From Candidatus Latescibacterota bacterium (GTDB lineage: Bacteria; Latescibacterota; UBA2968), in the NCBI GenBank assembly GCA_965204375.1, contig OZ241986.1, forward strand, positions 4,896,001 to 4,960,000: a stretch of 64,000 nt of DNA, in the 5' to 3' direction. Of this stretch, positions 38,463 through 46,204 are shown one piece after another; the stretch's first letter is position 1; every line of letters starts with the position of its first letter. The position numbers were made by a program, and so were the translations under genes. Under the pieces are notes generated by a model. That model saw only the letters and a program-made list of their open reading frames with translations. It did not search any database and was not told where the DNA came from.

Positions 38463-39464
38463 ATGGCTAGACTAAACAAAACAGACTTATTCCATGTGCT
38501 GTTCGACGCTTTTCTCCAGAACACAGACGCTGTCTATTTTTTAGGTGGAGAGAACCCTTACCGATTCTCCTTCAAGGACAAATTTGTTAATGCATTCATT
38601 GTAAACGTTCACTTTGCTGGTGCTGGACGCAGTACTTCTGATGAATACCGGATCCAATGTCCAGGACATTTGCCAGCGACACTACGCAATCTAAGAAGAC
38701 AGGGAGACGGGGTATTCGTCTTGGGTTTTTCCGCAGACTTACAGGCCTTCAGTGCTTGGGACCCAGATAGATTTTTGGATCGGAATCCGGAAGTCCAGCG
38801 GTTTTCTGTCTATACTCGATTATCGGGCATGGAGGATGCTGCTGTAGAAGGATTCTCAACTTATACTGATACCAATGGGCAAAATGTGATCATGTTTCGT
38901 CCCGATCTTCTCGGTTTGTATATGGAGAACTCGACAGCACTCCACCAAGCTGCTCCTCGGACATTGCGAAGGATAGCCGAAGTCTATAGTAACATCCAGT
39001 CGGAACAACAACCCCCTGTGCGATCAATCATGGTTGAACGACAGAGAATCCAGGTAACTCGCACTCAGTATTCTCGAAGCCCACGGTTCAGGCAAGAGGT
39101 CTTGAGAGCTTACTCCCACAGGTGTGCAATGTGCGGGATTCAATTAGACCTTATAGATGCAGCTCACATTGTTCCACATGCCCATCCAGAAGGAACTGAT
39201 ACGGTCAACAATGCCCTGGCCCTTTGCGCTCTGCATCATCGTTCGTTCGACACGGGACTACTCTATGTGCGGAGGGATTATTCAATCCATCTGAACTCAA
39301 CCAAAGTCAGGCACTTGAGAAAAGTAGGCAGGACCAATGGACTGCGATGGTACACACGGCAACTTAGACCTGAACTGCTCCTACCCGCCTATGATGATTG
39401 GCTTCCTGCACCGGATAACCTCACTCTTGGAAATGATCTTCGAGGGGTTGGATTAGAGGGATGA
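38463..39464 (+). CDS. HNH endonuclease with an N-terminal methylase-associated (MTaX1-like) domain
   Basis: C-terminal FRQEVLRAY..RCAMCG...DAAHIVP...NALALCALHHRSFDTG and N-terminal H..G.GR...DEYRIQ. Confidence 0.85.
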   Translation: MARLNKTDLFHVLFDAFLQNTDAVYFLGGENPYRFSFKDKFVNAFIVNVHFAGAGRSTSDEYRIQCPGHLPATLRNLRRQGDGVFVLGFSADLQAFSAWDPDRFLDRNPEVQRFSVYTRLSGMEDAAVEGFSTYTDTNGQNVIMFRPDLLGLYMENSTALHQAAPRTLRRIAEVYSNIQSEQQPPVRSIMVERQRIQVTRTQYSRSPRFRQEVLRAYSHRCAMCGIQLDLIDAAHIVPHAHPEGTDTVNNALALCALHHRSFDTGLLYVRRDYSIHLNSTKVRHLRKVGRTNGLRWYTRQLRPELLLPAYDDWLPAPDNLTLGNDLRGVGLEG

Positions 39465-39500
39465 GACAGTCCTATTTCTTAAAAACAAAGCAGTGAATAA

Positions 39501-39572
39501 CGCTATGGTTTCACCGACGAAAAAACTGATTTTATCGTGAAATATGACATTAAGTATCGTATGGGGCGATAA
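39501..39572 (+). pseudogene. Stranded ancestral C-terminus of the methyltransferase
   Basis: Reads RYGFTDEKTDFIVKYDIKYRMGR*, matching the YGFTxEExDFIINYDIKYRMG terminus I recognise for this methylase family. Confidence 0.75.
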
Positions 39573-39635
39573 GCAAATACAAACGGGTTATAATTGACTG
39601 AACACAAGTATCACAGCTCACAATATTTTGACAGG

Positions 39636-39684
39636 GTGAAACAAAAATACCTCTTGACATATCTATTTGAAGTGGCTTAAATCG
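39636..39684 (+). repeat. Promoter-containing 49-bp direct repeat, copy 1 (copy 2 at 45246-45294)
   Basis: 45 of 49 positions are identical by eye. It contains TTGACA-17-TTAAAT. Confidence 0.85.
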
Positions 39685-39879
39685 TTAGAGGCGATTGATT
39701 TTGGAGAAAAAAGATGAGACTCACCCCCCCACAGAGTCAGAGACAAGCCGCATCAACGAGGAAACCCGGGACGCGAAACGCGGTGGAAACAGCCATTCGA
39801 ATGTCAAAGGGCAATAAGTCACGCAAATGGGAAATCGTTGCTCCTCGAGTAATCTCTCGATGGCCTTCTCCTAAGACCA

Positions 39880-39925
39880 GCGAAAGCAGGGCGTAATTTA
39901 TTTTTTTAACACAAGCACTGGAGTA
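39880..39925 (+). repeat. Spacer repeat flanking the small TM gene
   Basis: GCGAAAGCAGGGCGTAATTT is identical at 39880-39899 and 40167-40186. ACAAGCACTGGAGTA is identical at 39911-39925 and 45347-45361. Confidence 0.85.
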
Positions 39926-39933
39926 TTTGAATT

Positions 39934-40143
39934 ATGCAAATGCCAAGCCTTGAAAGCCGCGTGGCTTCTCTTGAAGCTGTCCAAGCGCAAATCAACGAGC
40001 GTTTGGGGAGCATTGAGAACCACTTGACGGCATTGGAAAACCAACAATCCAGCAATTTCAGGTGGCTTGTCGGAATCGTGATAAGCACACAGCTAACAAC
40101 GCAAATCACGCTTGGAACCCTGATTCTGGTCAAACTCGGATAA
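39934..40143 (+). CDS. Small coiled-coil + TM protein, paralog of 5516-5743
   Basis: MQMPSLESRVASLEAVQAQINERLGSIEN...NFRWLVGI is near-identical to the 5516 ORF. RBS ggag. Confidence 0.75.
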   Translation: MQMPSLESRVASLEAVQAQINERLGSIENHLTALENQQSSNFRWLVGIVISTQLTTQITLGTLILVKLG

Positions 40144-40213
40144 ACAATGGCAGGTGTTTGCGAGTGGCGAAAGCAGGGCGTAATTTTTTTTAGTACAAGC
40201 AAGCATTGAAGTT

Positions 40214-40262
40214 CATTACAAAAATCCCGTCTGGTCATTCCAGCGCGGGATTTTTATTACAT
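40214..40262. repeat. 49-bp hairpin repeat, copy 1 (identical copy at 45362-45410)
   Basis: cattacaaaaatcccgtctggtcattccagcgcgggatttttattacat, with stem aaaaatcccg/cgggattttt. Confidence 0.9.
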
Positions 40263-40332
40263 TTGGAAGATGATCACTGAAGGCTGACAGAGGAAAGAGA
40301 GAAATAGGTCAGCTTGACTTTGGGAGCACTGC

Positions 40333-41293
40333 ATGAGAGTCACAGCCGTGCGCATAGAGAACTTCCGGGGCATCAAGCAACTCGAACTGAAACTTGACGA
40401 AATTACAGTACTAATAGGCGAGAACAACTCGGGCAAGACCGCTGTGCTTGACGCTTTGCGACTCTGTCTCCGGGACCTCGGTCCGAGGCGTGTGGTCTTT
40501 GATGCGCTCGATTTCCACTTATCCGATGCAGACGCGGAGCCTTCCTCCGCAGAGCCAATCCAGATCGAGATCTCATTCTCTGAGCAAAAGATAGGCGAGT
40601 GGAACGCCCAACTGACCGGTCGCCTCAATCGAGAAGGGGTCCTTCAGGTCGGAGATGACGAACGCAACCATGTGCTCTTGCGAGTGACCTGCAAATACGA
40701 TTCGACCAGCCAGGATTTCGCACAGGAGTGGTCATTTCTAAACCCGAATCGAGAGTCTCTGACCAACGTGGGACCTCAAGCACTCGCGGGAATCCAGCAA
40801 GAAGTTTCCTACTTCTATCTGACCGCGCTTCGCGATGCAGCGCGCCACTTTGATGCAAATGGTCCGTTCTGGCGGCCATTTCTGCAAAATACCCAACTTG
40901 AGGTCGGAAAGAAAACGGAAATTGAGCAGAAACTACGCGAGGTCAATGAACTTGTCGTTGATTCGCATGCCAGCTTCGGACAAGTCCGAACAGCTCTCAG
41001 CCAGGTGCAAAATGTGATTCCCTTGACATCGGGCGATGTCGTCTCAATTGAAGCCGTACCTGTACGATACGATCTATGCGCCTTTCATGCCCAATCAAAA
41101 TCTATCAAAAATTGAAAAACAGCCAAGTGATCCAGACTACTGGACCGAGTATGCTAAAAACCTCCCGAGAAGGGCTAAGACCCATGCGGCAGCAGATGTA
41201 GCAGTCGAAATGGAACAGCGTGGCGTACAGGGCGTGACAAAAGAGATTCGCGATGTATTGAATAAGGTTATCTCACTGGCAGGAGGTACATGA
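40333..41293 (+). pseudogene. gajA: OLD-family ATP-dependent nuclease (GajA-like) with an internal deletion and frameshift
   Basis: Contains ENFRGI and Walker A GENNSGKT. The frame breaks after VSIEAVP (about 41062). A second frame gives a native-looking C-terminus ending VISLAGGT* that overlaps the UvrD start (ATGA). No Walker B/EEPE or TOPRIM (VEG, DxD) motifs remain. Confidence 0.7.
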
Positions 41294-43173
41294 TGTCGAT
41301 TGATCTCAATGGCCTCAATGAGAATCAGCGCACTGCCGTATCGTGGAACAGCGGACCGCTTCTGGTCCTGGCGGGACCGGGTTCTGGCAAGACGCGCGTC
41401 TTGACATTCCGCGTCGCACGATTGCTTGAAGAACGCGAGGACGTGACAGCACTCGCGCTCACCTTTACGAACAAGGCTGCCGCCGAGATGCGCGAGCGCG
41501 TGGAGGCACTTCTCGGCGAACGCACAAGTCGCGCTCGTTTGCATACATTTCATTCCTTTGCAGCCACCATACTGCGTCAGCACGGAAGTCATTTGGGACT
41601 GCGGCCCGACTTTAGTTTGATCACGCAAGACCAGGACCAAATCTCCATCCTCGACGAGATTATAGCTAAATTGCCCGATTATGAAACACCATTGCCAACA
41701 GATCGAAAAAATCTCCTCAGCCTCATTGAACGCCTTTTTGCTGAATCCTATGACGGGTACGGAGACGCGCCATCACTTATTCGTACGCCCGAGTGGCTCC
41801 CACATCTCTTTGTAAGCTACTGCGATACTCTTTTAGCCAGTAACCGGCTCGACTTCGGAAGTTTGCTTCACTTCGCTCGGCGACTTCTGGAGGAGAAGCC
41901 TGGCGTCGCGCGAGTGGTGCGAATTGGTTGGTCCCACGTTTGCGTCGATGAGTTCCAAGACACCAACAAGGCACAGTACGATTTGCTCCGGCTAATTGCA
42001 CCCGATAAGCAACACAACCTCTTCGTAGTCGGTGACGACGATCAGATTATATATCAATGGAATGGCGCAAGCCCAGAACGGCTCGCGCATCTACAGCGGG
42101 ACTACAAGATGGTTGTGGTCCAACTCCCAGAATGCTATCGCTGTCCCGCGCCTATCATCGAGCTTGCCAATCACCTTATAGCTCATAATCGTCTGCGCAC
42201 TCCAGGCAAGACACCCATCACACCTCGATCCACGGCGAATCTGAATGGCAACCCTGTTCGCTATGGCATCTTCGCATCACCAGAAAAAGAAGCGGCATTC
42301 ATTCCAAAGGATATTCGCACTCGTGGTCTCCGAGGTGAGGAGTGCGTGGTTCTGGGGCGGTCCGTGAAGTTAATTGAGTGTGCAGCAGATGCTCTGCGCG
42401 ATGCTGGTTATGAAGCATATCTGGCGCGACAAAAGAACGACTTCGAGTCGGCTTCCGTGTGTGTGATGGTTGAGGCCCTTCGTTTAGCCAATGGGCGCCA
42501 CGACCGCGATATCCTGCGACGGCTCTGTCTCGCGTGGAAGAAACTGTCCGGGCAGACGCTTGAGGTTGACGATGTGGTCGCAAATGCCGCGCTTGTGGGC
42601 GGAGATTTCCTGCGTGCGTGGACTGATGCAGCATCCACAGACACAACAGGATGCGCTACCTTAACGCGCATTCGTTCAGATCTCGTAGATTCACTCGCCT
42701 TTCTGGAAATTATCAATTGGTTCCTCAATCAAGGCTGGCAGTTTTGGAGCGAAAAAGATGACCAGGATGCCGCCGATGAGGTGAAAACTTGGGAAAATCT
42801 GCATGACGAGATCATCCGCGAGTATAATCAGGGCAGCTTGACCTTGAACGCCTATCTTCAACAGATGGATCTCACTTCGAAAACACCTCGTCCAGGGCCG
42901 AACGCTGTGCGCTGTATGACTATGCATGGCGCAAAGGGTTTAGAGTTCAAGCATGTCTATCTAATTGGCCTGGCGCAAGAGGTACTCCCATCATATTACG
43001 CACTACAAAATGGGGAGAGAAGCAAGGAAGTGGAAGAGGAGCGGAGAAACTGCTTCGTAGCCATCACGCGGGCTGAGGAAACGCTGACACTTACGAGATC
43101 TGCACAGTACTACGGATACTTGAAGGCACCCTCTCAGTTCTTGGCAGAAATGGGAATCAGAGATAACAAATGA
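41290..43173 (+). CDS. gajB: UvrD/PcrA-like helicase (GajB-like)
   Basis: Motifs AGPGSGKT, TFTNKAA, TFHSF, VDEFQDTN, VGDDDQ, HGAKGLEF and EERRNCFVAITRA. It is coupled to the OLD nuclease gene. Confidence 0.8.
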   Translation: MMSIDLNGLNENQRTAVSWNSGPLLVLAGPGSGKTRVLTFRVARLLEEREDVTALALTFTNKAAAEMRERVEALLGERTSRARLHTFHSFAATILRQHGSHLGLRPDFSLITQDQDQISILDEIIAKLPDYETPLPTDRKNLLSLIERLFAESYDGYGDAPSLIRTPEWLPHLFVSYCDTLLASNRLDFGSLLHFARRLLEEKPGVARVVRIGWSHVCVDEFQDTNKAQYDLLRLIAPDKQHNLFVVGDDDQIIYQWNGASPERLAHLQRDYKMVVVQLPECYRCPAPIIELANHLIAHNRLRTPGKTPITPRSTANLNGNPVRYGIFASPEKEAAFIPKDIRTRGLRGEECVVLGRSVKLIECAADALRDAGYEAYLARQKNDFESASVCVMVEALRLANGRHDRDILRRLCLAWKKLSGQTLEVDDVVANAALVGGDFLRAWTDAASTDTTGCATLTRIRSDLVDSLAFLEIINWFLNQGWQFWSEKDDQDAADEVKTWENLHDEIIREYNQGSLTLNAYLQQMDLTSKTPRPGPNAVRCMTMHGAKGLEFKHVYLIGLAQEVLPSYYALQNGERSKEVEEERRNCFVAITRAEETLTLTRSAQYYGYLKAPSQFLAEMGIRDNK

Positions 43174-43188
43174 TTTGAAGACTATAAA

Positions 43189-43497
43189 GTGATGGCTGAC
43201 AACGGCATTAAAATAACCATGACGCCTTCGCACCCCGGAGATTTCATCCGCACGGAAATTGTTGAGGAACTGGGATTGAGTGTTACAGAGGCAGCCGAGA
43301 TTCTGGGCGTTCATCGAGCCACCCTTTTCGACCTGTTGAACAGCAATACAACCCTATCAGCGGAGATGGCTCTGCGTATTGAAAAAGCCTTTGGCATCAG
43401 CATGGACACACTATTGCGAATGCAGGCGTGGTACGACGCCGCACAAATGCGGGCGCGTGCAGATGAGATTGAGGTCAAACGCTATCAACCTGCTTGA
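43189..43497 (+). CDS. higA: HigA-family addiction-module antitoxin (no higB upstream)
   Basis: Motifs HPGDFIR, LSVTEAAEILGV, LSAEMALRIEKAFG and MQAWYD. Confidence 0.88.
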   Translation: MMADNGIKITMTPSHPGDFIRTEIVEELGLSVTEAAEILGVHRATLFDLLNSNTTLSAEMALRIEKAFGISMDTLLRMQAWYDAAQMRARADEIEVKRYQPA

Positions 43498-43539
43498 CAA
43501 CAGCTACTTGCGACCTTCAAGTTTTTTGAGAAAATAACG

Positions 43540-43761
43540 ATGAGAATATCTTATGATCGGGAAGTGGATGCGCTGTACATTTGCTTCAAGGAAACAACGG
43601 TGACAACGAAACATCTCAAAGATGGGATTGCGCTGGATTACGATGAGGCAGACCGTCTCGCGGGCATCGAAATTCTCGACGCTATGAAGCGGCTGGATGA
43701 TCCAGAGATATTCAAACAGGTCATCATAGAAGACATCGCGCTCGGTGAAAATAGAGCCTGA
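43540..43761 (+). CDS. DUF2283-domain protein (putative antitoxin)
   Basis: MRISYDREVDALYI...LDYD...LAGIEILDA. Confidence 0.85.
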   Translation: MRISYDREVDALYICFKETTVTTKHLKDGIALDYDEADRLAGIEILDAMKRLDDPEIFKQVIIEDIALGENRA

Positions 43762-43790
43762 GTGAACGCTGATCGGGCGAACTGAATCAC

Positions 43791-43835
43791 ATGATCAAGA
43801 ACGAGCGACAGTATAAAATAACGAGAGCGCAGGCA
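43791..43835 (+). pseudogene. N-terminal stump of an XRE/HTH antitoxin-like gene, cut off by the convergent Rpn gene
   Basis: Reads MIKNERQYKITRAQA and then runs into the Rpn stop. Confidence 0.55.
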
Positions 43836-43840
43836 GGCAT

Positions 43841-44770
43841 TCAAGCAAGTAACACGCGCTGAAATGCTTCAAGATTGGGCACCTGTATCGCCGCACGGAG
43901 CAACTGCTTGAGGTGTTGCAAATCATCAATCGCAGCAATGCGAGCAGATATAGGGTGTGTCTCGGGCATATCAAATCGAATCTTCAAGACATCAAGGATA
44001 TCTTCAATGGCGCGTTGCCTGCCTCCTTGCTCAATACCTTGCTCAATACCTTGCTCAATACCTTCCTCTCTACCTTGCTCAATGCCCAATTGCTTAATGT
44101 ATTGTGCAAACGATGACTCGCGCATAATGGCATCCATAAGACCCTCCTGTAATAGAATACGATTGATCAGGCTCGGATCATACTCTAACCCACTCAATAT
44201 CATCAACCTGCCCAAAAAGTCAACCTTTATTGATTCATCCACCGGCAAGGCATTCGTCGTGTCAACACAGTGACGCAACCACGCCTCTGAATCTATTCCA
44301 ACAGGACGTTTCATCAACGATGCGAATGGAAACAAGCCCGAAGGTCCGCCATCGAGAATGTCCTGTCCTTCTATCTCACTCAGCCGAACCACTGTGTATT
44401 TGATCACAACAAGATGACCGGATATTTCATGAATAAAGTACCCTGGATCGCGCCGACCCGCACTGCGCCGCAAGTAGATCACACTGGAATAAATCGGCAG
44501 ACCATGATGCTCAATCGCACGTATAATATAGCCCGCCATGCGGATCGGCATAGATGGATCGTCAGTGGTTTGAAACTCGTGATGTATCAATGCCTCCTTG
44601 CCCGCAATGTGGACGCGGATGAGGCTATCGGTATGTCGTGTTTCAACTGTCTTTTGCTCTGTGTCGAGTATGTCGAGGACTTCTATATCGTCCTGTCCAA
44701 ATGTGAGTCGGATGAAGTCTTTGGGATAGGTTTGGATGAGATGTTTGGAGATGGTGTCATATTCGGCCAT
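43841..44770 (-). CDS. Rpn/YhgA-like recombination-promoting nuclease (putative transposase, PD-(D/E)xK)
   Basis: YDTISKHL, TDSL...HHEFQT, MPIRMAGY and C-terminal GIEQ tandem repeats. Confidence 0.85.
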   Translation of the reverse strand: MAEYDTISKHLIQTYPKDFIRLTFGQDDIEVLDILDTEQKTVETRHTDSLIRVHIAGKEALIHHEFQTTDDPSMPIRMAGYIIRAIEHHGLPIYSSVIYLRRSAGRRDPGYFIHEISGHLVVIKYTVVRLSEIEGQDILDGGPSGLFPFASLMKRPVGIDSEAWLRHCVDTTNALPVDESIKVDFLGRLMILSGLEYDPSLINRILLQEGLMDAIMRESSFAQYIKQLGIEQGREEGIEQGIEQGIEQGGRQRAIEDILDVLKIRFDMPETHPISARIAAIDDLQHLKQLLRAAIQVPNLEAFQRVLLA

Positions 44771-45245
44771 GTGGAATGCCTCGCGTCTAATGGGGTGAGG
44801 GACAGTCAGACACAAAGCAAATAGCAGGCCAAAAAATAGTAATCCTCCAGAAATTGAGCGATATTTTGTATTCGGAGACGCCTGAACACCGTATTATATT
44901 TTATATACGTTGTATTCACACTTGTTCACAACCTGAATTTAAATCCGCAGATAGACTCAGATAGGCACAGGCAGGCGGCGCAGCAAGCAGGTGAAAGACG
45001 GAAGGGTACATTTTGAGCTATGAATAGGCGGTCAGGTGAAAAATATGTACCATTTGCCCTGTGGTCGCCGTGGTGAAAAACGCTCAAATGAACTGCTACA
45101 TAGTTGTACTCGCGTTTTTTTTGATTGCGCGTAACGTCAGGGAATAAGATATTGCAAAAACCAAACGAGTTCTACAGGGACGATTACGGCCCATTGACTG
45201 GGATGTTGCCGTCCACTAAATACACTGATCATAGTACGCGAATCA

Positions 45246-45410
45246 GTGAAACAAAAATACCTCTTGACACATCTATTTAAGATGGCTTAAATCGATGGCT
45301 GAAGAGTATGCTATCCGTTTGCTATCTTCAAAATACACATTTGTGTACAAGCACTGGAGTACATTACAAAAATCCCGTCTGGTCATTCCAGCGCGGGATT
45401 TTTATTACAT
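45246..45410 (+). repeat. Second copy of the promoter/spacer/hairpin skeleton
   Basis: 45246-45294 matches 39636-39684, 45347-45361 matches 39911-39925, and 45362-45410 matches 40214-40262. Confidence 0.85.
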
Positions 45411-45448
45411 ATCGCGCTCAGTGAAATCAGTTGGGTCATAAATTTGCT

Positions 45449-46084
45449 ATGAATCCTGAGAACAAAATACTTTTAACGCCTGATACTCCTGAATATCCAG
45501 CGGCATTACAGCGTTGTTCCGATAATGGGCGTCTGCTAACGGTCACAGCGCAGGGTAACCTCGATGTACTCGACAGTACATTGCTCGGCTTCTTCTGCTC
45601 GGTGCGCTCTCCCGGCGACACAATCCTCAAGACCTACGACCTTGCACGGGCACTACGAGACACAGACGCGACAATTATCGGCGGTTTCCAGTCACCGATG
45701 GAAAAGGAATGCCTGGATCTGTTGTTGCGGGGTACAGCACCCGTTGTCGCCTGCCCGGCGCGGGGACTCAATCGCATGCGAACTCCGAAAAGCTGGAAAA
45801 AGCCGCTCGCCGAAGGACGCCTGCTAATCCTTTCCTTTTTCGACAGCAACATCCATCGCCCAACTGCAACCATAGCAGCCCGGCGCAACGCGTATATCGC
45901 CGCACTCGCCGACCGCATCCTCATCGCCCATGCTGAACCGGGCGGCAAAACAGAGACGCTATGCAAGGACGCACTCGCTCAAAACAAGCCGGTATTTGTC
46001 CTTGACTCACCCGACAATGCTCACCTTATAGAACTCGGCACTATTCCTATCTCTGCTAACGATCCTGAAAAACTTATTCCTTGA
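45449..46084 (+). CDS. Short DprA/Smf-family (SLOG-fold) protein
   Basis: Motifs GFFCSVRSPG, IGGFQSPMEKECL, ARRNAYIAALAD and AEPGGKT. Confidence 0.8.
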   Translation: MNPENKILLTPDTPEYPAALQRCSDNGRLLTVTAQGNLDVLDSTLLGFFCSVRSPGDTILKTYDLARALRDTDATIIGGFQSPMEKECLDLLLRGTAPVVACPARGLNRMRTPKSWKKPLAEGRLLILSFFDSNIHRPTATIAARRNAYIAALADRILIAHAEPGGKTETLCKDALAQNKPVFVLDSPDNAHLIELGTIPISANDPEKLIP

Positions 46085-46149
46085 TAACACGGTGATTTTT
46101 AAATACTGTTCTGAATATAGCAATCAATCTCAATAATTATGCATGCTGG

Positions 46150-46177
46150 ATCGCGGCTAAAACCCTGCCGCGATGAC
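46150..46177. repeat. REP-like or terminator hairpin between convergent genes
   Basis: atcgcggc-taaaaccct-gccgcgat followed by gac. Confidence 0.5.
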
Positions 46178-46204
46178 GGCACTATTGATGGGGCTGATTG
46201 ATGA

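Noticed and set aside
39714-39896. 60-codon ORF after the repeated promoter, also considered as a c-di-GMP-type riboswitch (GGAAAC...GGGACGCGAAAC)
   Set aside because: It has an RBS-like GGAGA but no recognisable motif, so I did not list it as a CDS. The riboswitch stems and spacing do not fit. It remains unresolved.
31631-43173. Calling the island a complete DISARM or BREX system
   Set aside because: There are no recognisable drmA/drmB (DUF1998) or pglZ/brxC genes.
44905-44932. Two DnaA-box-like 9-mers (gtattcaca, ttgttcaca)
   Set aside because: Each has a mismatch, there are only two copies, and there is no origin context.
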